Part shown: positions 1 to 12,950 of the stretch, in pieces
Numbering within the stretch: position 1 is the first letter of the stretch
Layout: every line of letters starts with the position of its first letter
DNA from: the human T2T-CHM13v2.0 reference genome, Homo sapiens
Length of the DNA stretch: 64,000 bases
Assembly: GCA_009914755.4 (NCBI GenBank)
Contig: CP068257.2
Span: 19,520,001-19,584,000, forward strand
Direction: 5' to 3'
Position numbers and translations under genes: made by a program
Notes under the pieces: model-generated
Databases searched by the model: none
What the model was told of the DNA's origin: nothing
The model's input: only the letters and a program-made list of their open reading frames with translations

Positions 1-2286
1 TTTGGTAAAGAATGCAGTATGTGAAATTTCTTTAATCATGATATGCACAAACCAACTATAAATATGTTTTGGAAGCATTTAGGGAAATGGAATATGGATA
101 GCATAGTATATGCTATTAAAGAAGGATTTTAACTTAATTAGTTGTGAGGATTTCATAGTGGTTCCATTAGAAAAGAGTTTTATATTAGTTAAAGATGCAT
201 AATGAACTTATAGATAAAATGATATGGTATCTCATATTTTCTTTAAAATACTGTAGCAAAGAACAATAAAGGAAAGACACAAAACGAAAACGACAACATT
301 TTGATTATTCTTGAAACATGAGTGGATAGGTACATGGAAATGCTTTCTGCTACACTTTTCTTCATCTGTGTATATTTGCCATTTCTGTGACATTAAAAAT
401 AGAGTCTGCCCAGAAAACTCTTAGATATGTATATAGATTTAAGCTAAATATTTGTGTGTATGTTTATATGCATGTGTAGGATACTCTGAGTTACAAATTG
501 TCTTAAATACCATTAGAATAGGGTATAAAAATAGAAGGTCAAAACCAGACATCTTGGAGCCAGCAATAGTTGAGGTTGTTGGAAAAATATTAGACATACA
601 AGAAGCCGTACCACCATCTGGAAAAGTAGTAGTGGCAGGGAGTGGGCTTTTGCTATGGTAATGAAAATTAAAATTATGAAGAAAGGCAAGATGCAAGATG
701 CAGCATTGTCTTGGTAAAATCCAAAAAGTGGCAACAGTTTCATATTGAGAGGAAAAAACAGGGGTAAATGCAGTATTGCAAACAAGATTTTGTACTTGGC
801 TGAACAGGAAGGATAAATGGTAATGCCATCAACCAAAATAACAGACAGAGAAAGAAGTGTAGGCTGGGGAGGAACTATGATGGATATTGGTCTTATTGTA
901 AGATACTACACTAAAGAAAAGGCACTTCAGAAAATGTTTGCCATGTGAGCCCTCACAAAGGTGAGTGGCAACCCATTATCTTTTCATACACTCTGAAATT
1001 TTGAGTCTGCTTAATTCCACTATTGAAATGTTTTGGTTTAAATATGTTTAAAAATTGTATTCCTGTAAATTTTCTCATTTTAATAGCAGCTCATTACAAT
1101 GTTAAAATTATTTATATATGTGTCAAAGTCTTGTGGGTATTCCATTCTTTCTTTTTCCTTTTATTTAAACTTAATACTTGACACTCTGGTTTTGTGTTAG
1201 TTACTCATGATTATTCATCACATCACTATGACTAGCATAGTACTTGTTACTCTTTTTATATAAAATGTTCAATTCTTGGTTAAATAAATGGCTTATTAAT
1301 GTTATAATGTAATCTTGGAGTTAACATTGGCTTTAGTATATGGTATGAGCTCCCTTTTCAAAATAATATCTTTAAATTGATAATGTAATAGAAACTATGG
1401 TTATATACAGCGTATACACAAGAGTTTCAGATAATTTAAACATAATTTGTGTAATTGCAGCACAATTTAGTTTGACTGTATTTTTACAAATTAAATGAGA
1501 TACTGATTCTACTCTATACAACCATGGGAGCAAGTTTTTCAAAATAAGTTTTTAAAAAATATTTTCATTGCCTGTGAAGATGCAGAAAATACTAGCAGAT
1601 ACTTTGGGAAAAACCCCTTAAAATAGTCTAAAACCAGTTAATCTGTAATTAATTTAATTTGGCATGTGGAACCACTATCATACCCCTTCATTTTCATCTA
1701 TGTGGAAGGTTCTTCTTACTTCAGTTAAGTGTTCACTGGTGAGTTTGTAGTAGTCATACTGTCTGCTTCCTGCCCTTGACTCAGTATCTGGAAAAGATTC
1801 AGAGATAATCCTAATCCATATTCAATCTCCACCAGTTCTCTAAGGCACTCATATACAAGAATGTCAAAATAAAAGAAGACTTGCTACTGTAGCATGCTTG
1901 TTCTGTAGTATTTCTGTCTCATTATAAAGAATGAAGCATTTTTTGTTTCTGTTTAGCAACATAAACAAACAAAAATAAAGTGAATTCCACATTATTCATC
2001 TTTGAACTCCAAAGGAGTAAATTTATTTTGGACACATTCAAACACTGTTGATGAGACAGTAATATATTCAAGAAGAACAACAATGTTTTGCCATCAAATC
2101 ATTCATAATAAATGTTTGCCCTACCTATTTAGTCTGGGTATGCAGAGTATATAGGACAATACAAATACAGTATACCTAGTCAGAAAAAAAATAATTGCTT
2201 GATAATCCTATGAAAGTTATGTTAGTCTTTTGTTTGCATGGATATAGTAAACACCAAAGTTTTTACTATGGAAGTCAAGTGTAAAT

Positions 2287-2295
2287 AGATAGATT

Positions 2296-2334
<39 letters not shown>
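2287..2334. repeat. (GATA)n tetranucleotide microsatellite, about 10 pure units plus imperfect flank
   Basis: Directly visible run agatagat...gatagatagata. The minus-strand ORF reads IYLSIYLS, which is a repeat artefact. Confidence 0.95.
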
Positions 2335-2336
<2 letters not shown>

Positions 2337-3687
2337 TGTAGATATAGCTTTAGTTATATGTATCATATTCCCAGTATGGTATTCTTTAATGATATTTTTT
2401 AGAAACAACAGAGAAAATGACTTGAGAGTAACTGAACTTCATAAGGTAATTTCTTCCAGAAACCAGAATCATAATTATGTACAGAGCTATGGATATAAAC
2501 CTAAACATAAAGTTACAATTACATGTGTAATGTATCTCGCAACAAAGACCATATAGGAAATATGATCCAGGCTTGACTAAAAAGATGACATGTGTTCTAA
2601 TAAAGGCTTAATATCTTCTTATTCATTAACTTTCACCTCTCTTTTCTCCCTCACTGAACTAATAGCTCTTCTTTGTACAAAATCCCAATTATTATTGGTA
2701 AAAATTTCAAGTTTCTGCACCCGCAGGTTTTCAATTCATTGCAGAGCAGCAGCTGTATTCCTACAGATTTTTTTTTCACTTTTTTCTAATAGACTGTGTA
2801 AGATGCCTGCCACGTGTTCCTTATCCCCAAGGGTGACTACACTATTTGTCTGTGGACTCATGGCTGTATCTTTCACTCAACTAATATGTTACTCATTGTT
2901 GGGTTAATAGAAAGGAATTATATATTTCCCTGAATTTTGGCAAGAAGAGCAATTCACTACTTGAACCCGAGCTAAAATAAACTTCCACATTTGGTATAAA
3001 AATGAACACTTTGCTGTGCTCTAGGCAATACCTTTGAACATTTTTCCTTGGCTGCTGCACATGGCGTTATAGTCTTAACTATATTTGGCACATGATATTA
3101 TAGATTACAGTCACTCTATGCATTAATGAAAACTCGGCTTTTGTATTTTTACAGATTATTTTGGAAGCCGATTAGTTGGTAGTTTTGAAGATACCATATA
3201 GGGTTATGATCAAAAAGCAATTACATATATAAAATTTTAGAAAGTAATCATATATCATCATCTTTGTACATTGTCAAATAAATGAAGGGGAGGAATTAAT
3301 TTAATTACACTTTGTAATGTGTTCCCTCTTATAAAATCTCCAGAGTGAGATTTTCCTTTATATGGAATCATCTGCATTTAAAAAAAAACTTCGTAAAACA
3401 TGCAAAGAGCAGCTGCCTATATTTGCAGCTGCAAGACAGACATTTTTACTACACAGTTTCTGCTTGAACCATGACAGGTGAAGTTTAAAAGGATTCATTC
3501 TAGGCAAAGTGGTTAGTCTTTAAAAAGTTTTGTTGTTGTTGTTCTTGTTTTATTTCTAGCCCAATCAAGCATCCTTTTTGGAAAGTTCTTTCTCCAGTTT
3601 CAGAAATGTAGAGCCTAGTTATGCTTCTCATTCCTCCTAATACAAAAGATGTTTGTATTTAATATGAGGGAACCAAGTAGGTGAAAG

Positions 3688-3790
3688 ATTCTGGACTCTG
3701 AAGTCAGCCTGGGCCTGAACCTCACTTCTGAAACTTATTAGCCGTGTAATCTTCGGAAATTTAAATGTTTCTCCCTATGTTTGCTTATTC
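3688..3790 (+). mobile_element. MIR SINE core fragment
   Basis: Segment ctggactctgaagtcagcctgggcctgaacctcacttctgaaacttattagccgtgt resembles the MIR core ctggagccagactgcctgggttcgaatcc...cttactagctgtgtgacc, recalled from memory. Confidence 0.45.
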
Positions 3791-4046
3791 TGAAATAGTT
3801 GTTGAACTGCAGAAGGCATACGTATAGAATACTGGCAAAACTACCCTCTTAAGAATTAAACAAAATAATTTTAAAAAGACAGACTATGGAATATAGTGTG
3901 TACTGAATGTAATTTAGATTCTCTTCTATGTTAATCTGATTAATTATATTTTAAAATAGCACATTCACACTGTTTTACTTGAATACAGCTAAATGTGTGT
4001 ATATATGGACCACATATACAAATATGGTCCCTTAAGATTATAATGG

Positions 4047-4370
<324 letters not shown>

Positions 4371-4379
4371 TCACTTAGT

Positions 4380-5420
4380 GACAAAGTAGCCATTGTAACA
4401 CCTTAGCATATCGCATTACTCACCTGTTTATGATGACGCTGATGTAAACAAACCTACTGGGCTGCCAGTCATAGAAAAATATAGCACATATGTTTATATA
4501 TAGTACATAGTCTTTGAAGATGATAATAAATGACTATATCTGGCTTATCTAGTTATTACTGTATGCTTTTTACAGTTATTTTAGAGTGTATTCCTTCTAT
4601 TTATAAAAGAGAAAACGTAACTATTAAAGAGCCTCAAACAAGTTCATCAGGAGGTATTCCAAAAGCAGACCTTGTTATCATAGGAGAGGATAGCTCCATG
4701 ATGTTATTGCCCCTGAAGACCCTTCAGTGGGGTAAGATGTGGAGGTGGAAGACAGTGATATTGATGATCCTCTCAGTAGGCCTATGCTAATGGCTAATGT
4801 GTGTTTGTGTCTTCGTTTTTAAGAAAAAATCTTAAGTATAAAAGGTAAAATAAAAAATTGAAAGTAGAAAAATTTGTGAGGATATAAATAAAAAATACCT
4901 TCATATAGCTGTATAATATGTTTGTGTTGTAAGCTATTATTACAAAAAGAGTCAAATTTTAAAAAATAAAAAAGTTATATAGTAATAAATTACAGTAAGC
5001 TATTATTTAAGAAAGAAAAATGTTTAAATAAATTTAGTGTAGTATAAGTTTACCATGTTTATAAAGTCTGCAGTAATATACAGTCAAGTCCTAGACAATC
5101 TCATTCACTCAAAACTCACTCACTGACTCACTCTGAATGAGGTCATGTCCTGCAAGCTCCATTTATGGTAATTGGCCTCTTCAGGTGTTCAATTGTTTAT
5201 CTTTTATATTCCATTTTTGTTGGACCTTTTGTATGTTTAGATACACAAATAATTAACCATTGTATTACAGTTGCCTCCAGTATTTAGTATACTAACATGC
5301 TATACGTGTTTATAGCCTAGGAGCAATAAGTTATACCATATAGGCTAGGTGTGTAGTAGGCTATGCCATCTAGGTTTGTGTAAGTCCACTCTGACGTTCA
5401 CACAATGACGAAATTGCCTA
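4380..5420. mobile_element. Probable ancient interspersed repeat, ~1 kb, family not named
   Basis: Contains near-palindromic cctaggagcaataagttataccatataggctagg and ggaggtggaagacagtgatattgatgatcctc motifs. I recall these recurring in human introns as one repeat family, but this is from memory and unverified. Confidence 0.3.
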
Positions 5421-5464
5421 TGAGTTTCTCAGTAAGTTTCTCTGTCATTAAGCAACACATGATA

Positions 5465-5552
5465 CTCTCTCTCTCCCTCTCTCTCTGTATATATATGTTT
5501 TTGTGTGTGTATACTGTGTGCATATATTGTGTATGTGTGTGGTATTGTTTGA
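5465..5552. repeat. Compound (CT)n/(TA)n/(GT)n microsatellite
   Basis: Reads ctctctctccctctctctctgtatatatatg...tgtgtgtgtat...gtgtatgtgtgtgg. Confidence 0.9.
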
Positions 5553-7039
5553 TTTTTGTGGTTTAAACATTTATAATGTAAAAAAAATGAGTATACATAT
5601 ACATGTATATGTGAATTATATTCAACTCCAACATTGGTCTGGGTGAGAGATACGTACTGGGAAAGAAAGAGCCCCTAAACTATAGAAATTTGTTATTGCC
5701 TGAGATACGGAAGACCTGAGAAAAGTCAGTTTATGCTCATCGCGTATTCAAATATTTTGCGCCTTGGTAGATCTCAGTTAGACTCCTGAAGTTTTGATTT
5801 AGCATTTCTCAATAACAAGTCTTTTAAATATATGTACCGTGTAAATTTTCTGGCAGACTCAACTGTTACTATATTTTATTTAATTTTTGCAGTATAAATA
5901 TTTTCAGCGTGTGGACATCATGTGGACAAAAAGACCAAAAGATAATGAATGAATGTTTGAAATAAGCATAAACAGTAGCTTACTTAGTAATGCCACTGAT
6001 CTATATGCTTCTATAATATATAATTATCTATATACTTCTTTAATATAAATATATTGTTGTAGCATAAAATACTTGTTTTCAATACATTGCCATTGCAGGC
6101 AAGAATTTTACCAATTAGATTTCTAGTGAGTATTTGTGTTGTATTACAACTAAATATGAGAATGGCTATTTTATTAAAGAGTAATATTTATTTATTACAA
6201 AATATCCTAAAGTCTTACAATATTTTCTAAAATCTTTAATTTGAAAAAGCTTAAAATTAATTTAACAAACTTTAAAAGTGAAACAACTTAGGGACTATAC
6301 TGCAGTCTCATATCAGTAAAATTGGATGAATCTCATCTGTGAAATCATTTCTTTATTTCTTACTATTTACATTTGGAAACTTAAATTCTATGCTATAGTG
6401 TTGTGTATGCAAGACAATACTGAGTATGGTAAAATTTCTAGGACATTGTATAAAATGTGAAGATACAGTAACAATATGACTTTATTAAATGGAGTATCTG
6501 CATTTCATATACACCATGAAATGTGAAAACAAGGACCCAATATCATAATTTTGATATGCAATGACATTCTGCTTTAATTATTCTATTTAATTGTTTGTTC
6601 TTGACTATATTATATTTGAATGAGCCCTATAGCACTGAATAATGTTGGAGAGATTTTTCATCCAGTCTAAATTATTGAGTTCAAATATTTCAGTATACGT
6701 AAGATCACTCCATACTGTAACAAAGAAGTCCCTGAAATAGTGATTGAGAACTTTGGACTATTAATGTATGTTTAGGTTTCCTGTTGCTATCTAGCACACC
6801 TCTGCTACAAAATGAAGGAATAAATTGTCCTGTGAATTAATTTAAACAAGAAAAGTTAGATCCTTGAAAAAATTTATAACACATGAATATTATTTGCGAA
6901 TAGATAGGAAAAAGATCAATAATCTTAAGACAGAATGAAGATTAGGGAAACCAATGATTATAGAGAAAAAAAGATAAAAAATTTTAAGACGGAAAAAGGA
7001 CTAAGTTAGAAATACAATGTCTGTAAGGCATTTGGTGCA

Positions 7040-7083
7040 TTTTATTTATTTATTTATTTTATTTATTTATTATTTCATGTATT
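7040..7083. repeat. (TTTA)n microsatellite
   Basis: Reads ttttatttatttatttattttatttatttattattt. Confidence 0.85.
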
Positions 7084-7280
7084 TGTTCAATAAACACGAA
7101 CTGTTTACTATATGCCAGATTTCAGATTAAGCAATTGTGTGGTAGGGTTGTTTTTTAATATATTCACACCTAGATTGCCAAAACGATTATTTCAGATGAT
7201 AGCCCACTGAAGCTGGACTTAACAACAATCTCATAATTGAGAATTGTTGAGAAATGTGAGGGATTGCAGTGCTCTCATTT

Positions 7281-7320
7281 GTGTGTGTGTGTGTGTATGT
7301 GAGAGAGAGAGAGAGAGAGA
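7281..7320. repeat. Compound (GT)n(GA)n microsatellite
   Basis: Reads gtgtgtgtgtgtgtgtatgtgagagagagagagagagaga. ORF 7269-7484 spans it and is an artefact. Confidence 0.95.
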
Positions 7321-9407
7321 GCAAGATAACATGTATAGGTTATATATGTGTGTATTTAAAAATATTTATGCAATATCCTGTGTCTGTCCTATTAGTGTCA
7401 TATACATGTGATATATCCATATATGTATATATATCTATTAGTGTTACTGGAAGGACCAATATATATGCAAACTCCATAGAGTAATTAGAAGAGCTAGGGA
7501 GCTGAAGGTGCACTTAGTACGTAATTGATAATTAACGCAGTCGGGCCAGGGGAAGGCTAAATGAGCAGAGCTGTTGCAGTAGTCATGTCTATGAGGACAA
7601 GAAGTAGGTTATTGGGTACAGTTTAGGTAATTTTGGAATAATTTCTTTCAACGATATAATGGATTGTAAAATAGTTAAAAATATTTCATTTCATATTTGT
7701 TTCTTATTCACTCTCTGCATTATAGCTTTCAGAAATGAGGATTTTTGACAAAAGGGATTCTATACTAGGATCTTATTGTGTGTGTCACTGAACCATTTGA
7801 TAATGTATTTAGAGATACTTATTACTTTGTTGATATTCCCATATTTAATTCACCTCATAGTACTTAAAGAAAACTTTATTTTGCCACATCCAGTTACAGA
7901 AACAAATTCAGGGAAGGATTTACTTCACACAGATATTTATCTGTAACACACTTGAAGTGTAATTATATTTTCACAAAATAAGTTCTAAGATATGATTTCA
8001 AAACCACTTTATAGAATGAATGACAACTCTACCGGCAAGTTAAGAAAAATATTTTTCCTATTAAATACAAAAATAAAATGGGTCATGAGTTTGAAAAATA
8101 TACATAAAACATAAAGATGAATGTTTGCTGATTCACCAGGTTGTAAATTTTCATGAGCAGTTGTGCTTAAAACTTTGTTTAAATACCAGTTTAGCAAATT
8201 ACTAGCATAAAATATATATCACAATTTACATATGACTGTGGGCTGTTAAGAGAATGGAGTATATTTGGATCAGCAGAAATTCTGTATGAAAAAGAAAGGT
8301 CCTCTCAAGTTCGTACAATTTGTCTCCACACATTTAGTGAAAAAGTCCAAAGTGTGCATTACTATATTCCAGTCTTATGTTTGACATATGTACTTAAATG
8401 ATTGCAGCCATGGAAAAGAAAAAGAAGTTCTTGGTGATGATTGGCATGTATCATGGTTCAGACAAAGACCTGTAAAAAAAACCTGTCAGATTACCCAAAA
8501 CCTTAGGAAACAAGTCATCGTTATTTCTAAAAGTTGCCAACATCAGCACTGATCCGAAATATATCCGTTATTGGTGAAGAAACCGGATTGATGTTTTATC
8601 TGTCAAAAGATATCATGAACAGTAGTTTAAGTTTGCCACTTAGAAGAAATTTGGCAGTTCCTGTGAGGAGATAAAACTGCTTTTATGAATAAATAAAAAA
8701 AGGGAAGTCCCAATTGCTTACTCAGTCCTTGTGCTTAAAATAATGAAGAGACCAATTAGCATATTCTTTCATCCCCTTTTCTAAATACTAATGTTGAAGC
8801 AAAAAGAGATGTTCATATAATCATGTATTTCTGTCCTTGGTGTACAGCATTGAATTAATGATGTCAGGAATACAGACTAAGGAAATACATTCAGCAATTC
8901 CACTGAAGAAGCTTACAGTGCAGTAAAAATAAAGATAAATGCATTACATTCAGTGTTGACAGCCAAAATAGAGGTCGGTGATTACCTGTAGGAGAGAGCA
9001 GGTTGAGGTACTTCAAAGGCAGTTTACTGAAAGAAGGGAGGCTCTAGAGGGATGTAGGAAGGTAGAAGAGAGATGAAAAGCTCCAGTATTATCCAGAGTA
9101 CAGCTAGTTTGTCTGGCCTTCTTCTCTGCTTTGCTAAATATGTTTTAATTAATCAGCACTCTTCCCTCTTGAAAACATTTTCGTTTGCTTTATTTTTTTT
9201 TGCTGAGGTTATTATTTATTGTTAGATTCAAAACATTGAATTGCCACAGTTTGTCTTTGCTATGCCTGTGTTGCTTGATATAACGTACATGAATTAAGCA
9301 TTAATGAATTAGATCTTTTAAGAGTAGTTTTCTGTACAGTTACCAACATGACATGATAATAATAGTTTCTTGTTTGTACTTTTGTTTCTATTTGTTTGCT
9401 GAGTGTC

Positions 9408-9598
9408 AGGAACCGTTCTCAGAATTTACATGTGTTATCTATGTAATCATTACTAAAATGTTAAAAGAGAAATCACCATCATCACTGCTATTTTTCAGAT
9501 AAACAAATTGAAGTGAGAAAAACTTAAGTAAATACAAAAGTTTCACATTTAGTAAGGTGGGACTGAAATACAATGCTATTTTTTTACTCCCAGAGTCT
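9408..9598 (-). mobile_element. MIR SINE, antisense orientation
   Basis: Segment tgtcaggaaccgttctcagaatttacatgtgttatctatgtaatcattact...ttttcagataaacaaattgaagtgagaaaaacttaagtaa parallels the MIR reverse complement gtgccaggcactgttctaagcgctttacatgtattaactcatttaatcc...cattttacagatgaggaaactgaggcacagagaggttaagtaa. Confidence 0.55.
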
Positions 9599-10671
9599 TG
9601 TGTTCTAGCTAATAATTAGTACAGTGGGACCAGTTTGGGTTCTGATGGCCCCAGTTTTCTCCTGGCCCAGTCTGTCTGGATTAGACCAATGCAATGGATG
9701 AGAATTAATAACGATTCCTGGAATCACTGCAAGTGTACTTGGAAGTCTCAACCAACATCCCAGGACCTAGAAAAAAAATCTATTTATATTTAGCAAGACT
9801 GGACAGCTGCCACCAGGTGGCACTAAATTCAATTAAAACTAGATGGCTGCAGTAGCATCCCTGATCATCCTTGGCTGGGCAAACTCAGCCTTATTTTTGC
9901 AGTACTGTAACTTACAGAATTGAAATATTTGCACTCCAATTGTCTTGCTATGATGGAATTTTCTGTATTTTTATTTGACATTGAAAAATATCTTGAAAAT
10001 AGAGTATTACAATTTCATGGATGATTACAAATACTTTTTTGGAAAAACTATAGAAGTTTGACCTTTTGAAACAAAATGTTAGATTTGCAAAGAAGTTGAA
10101 AAGCCACTAATTTTAAATGTAAGGAATGACTGAATTACCTTTGCAAGATATTTGCAAAGAAGAATTGATATTGCCTGACCTTTCTAGTGAGTAACATAAC
10201 CCCGAGAGACTAACTGGACTACCTTTGGTCAGATGACAGAAGTTAGCAGTTATCAAATGAGTCAAAATCTGTGTTTTCACAACTTTTTTGTTTCTCTACA
10301 AGGTTCTAATTTTAGAAACATCATAAAACCAAATGAGGCAATTACAAATTAACTTTTCTTCAGATTTTTTAAACCTATTATGAATTTTAGTTAAGTTTAA
10401 GTTAATTTATTGCAACTTCCATGCTTGTTATTTATTTTTTAATTGATTTTCTTATTGAAGAAATGTTAATTGAGTGATTACTCTATGCCTGGTGTTAGGG
10501 GTCAAATAGTGAATCAAACAGATAAAAACTTTACCAATGTAGGGTTTACTCTCATGTGAAGAAAAGACAGTTCACAGATAAATAAATAGAGTGACTATCA
10601 ATTGTGTTAGTTTTATACATGCAACATGTAAGGGCTTAAGGTAACTATAACTACAAAAATTGATTGAATTT

Positions 10672-10760
10672 GTATCATATACCAGGCACTATCTTAAATG
10701 CACTGTTGTATTTAATTCTCATAACAGCCTTGTTTGAGTTTTGTTTTACTCCAAAACAAT
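10672..10760 (-). mobile_element. MIR 3'-end fragment, antisense
   Basis: Segment accaggcactatcttaaatgcactgttgtatttaattctcataacagcc matches the MIR reverse-complement 3' end. Confidence 0.4.
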
Positions 10761-11870
10761 CCTTGGTTTTGGCAATTCACTAGAAAAACTCAGAGGACTC
10801 AGAAAGCCTGTGGTATTTATGGATACTGTTCATTCAGGGAAAAGATACAGATCAAAAGGGCAAAGGGAAATGGCAGATGGGGCAAATAGAAGCCAGACAT
10901 ACATTTCTTAGTGTCTCTTTCCAGTGTAATGACACTAGGACACACTTAATTTTCCCCTAAATGATGAATGACAGCACATGCAAAGTGCTGTCCACTAGAG
11001 TAGTTCCTCTGAGCTTGGGTGTCCAGAAGTTTTATCAGAGTCCCTTACCTAAGCATTTAGCACCCTCTAGACTGATTGAGCTACTCACTCCAGCCTCCTT
11101 CCAGAGCAAAAACAGATGTTCACATTAAATCACATGGTTTATCCAACTGCTACTCTGACCAAAGGCCTCAGGCATGCAAGTACTGGTGGCCAACATAAAT
11201 ACAGTGTGGCCCAGGGCCTCAAGCATACATAACCACGCATACTCTTACCAGGGAGAATATTCTAAGGAATAGGTTGTCTCTGAAAAGTCAACCAATTCTT
11301 TCTTTGGAATGTGCAGAGTTGGGGTAACCGAGGCCTGCTCATTTTTTACCTATTCCACCCATCTGGCCCTTGGCATACACTCTCTTACAATAAAACTATC
11401 ATATTTTCCTGAGCATTTATATTTATTATAACATTTATATTTTAATCACATTTATATTTAATCACAGAACAAATCAGTAAAAATTACAGGTGTATTTTCC
11501 CTGCCTTCCCAAATGAATTGGCCCTTGTACATATTCAGGATATTGTTATAAGTCATTACAATTCATTATCTCTGGGTTATAAGTCATTTGGGGTCAAAGC
11601 AGTCTTTCTGCCTTGGTCACAGGCTTGTGCTAAGATTGCTATAATTTAATTTGACTATGCTATGAGAGCTCCCCATAACCTTTCCTGTTTAATGATGGGG
11701 CCATTCTCTAAGGGAATTGGGACCCCCGCTGTGATGCCTATTGCTTTATTCCCTGAGAAACCTATTGTATTTTTCAGGTCTGCTTAATAGCTTTTCAGGC
11801 ACCAAAACAAGGCAATACATATTTGTACAAAGAACACATTGGCATTTAGGGCATACAGCTTCCTGTTTAG

Positions 11871-12223
<353 letters not shown>

Positions 12224-12926
12224 GTCATCAAGACTTATACAATGATAAGTTTCCCAGAAGTTGTATACCATCATATTCTCTGATGGGCCATTTGCAATAG
12301 ATGTAACCAGAACAATAAGAGTCAGGAGACTCTTGCTAGAATTGCTACAATTCCACTCAGTCATTAAAAGTTACTTACTTTTAATATTATACATTGCTAG
12401 AGTTCCACCCAGTCATTAAAAGTTATTGCAGATCATCATCACATTGTGTGACCACATTGTTACGCAGAATGATGCCTCTAGGTTTACCAGATTTTTATTT
12501 GAATTTGCTAGGTTCAAATAAAACCACTCTCTTCCTGCTACATGGATTCCCAAGCAGTAATTTGTCTTTCAACATATTGCATCTCTCTCAAAAAGTTTGG
12601 TGGAATAGAATCTTTCTGGTCAGTCACAAAATTCAGACTAAACGCCATTTCATCAACTTATATTGATAACCTGTATACAAATATTTAAATATTTTACCAT
12701 AACCTGCTGACTACCCTTCTCTAAGTATTGCTTTATCTCCAAATTATGCTATTAGTTTTGTTGTTTTATGTCCTTTCTCTTTCTTTTATGTGATTAACCT
12801 TTATGTAAATGGCTTTCTAGATTTTTTTAGTTGTGTTTTGGGGGTGATCTGGGAATTACTACTGGGTGAGTGGGTGGGAATTAAAGTGAACGTTCTTGTG
12901 TTGTTTGCAGAGAGGACTGCCAGTTT

Positions 12927-12950
12927 TCTCTCTCTCTCTCTCACTCTCCC
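12927..12950. repeat. (CT)n microsatellite
   Basis: Reads tctctctctctctcactctcc. Confidence 0.8.

Noticed and set aside
8400-8470. Short ORF-like string MEKKKKFLVMIGMYHGSDKDL
   Set aside because: It is 21 codons, with no splice or promoter context and no recognised homology. It is chance.
10760-11520. Possible LTR-like element, with caataaaactatcatattttcctgagc near 11390 and internal atttatattt repeats
   Set aside because: I could not match it convincingly to any LTR family from memory and the boundaries are unclear. I left it unannotated rather than guess.
12335-12430. About 55-bp degenerate tandem duplication (ttgctaga...cagtcattaaaagtta ×2) just downstream of the Alu at 11920-12223
   Set aside because: The copies are heavily diverged (under 75% identity) and short. 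It is probably an old slippage event of no special significance. I noted it but did not elevate it.
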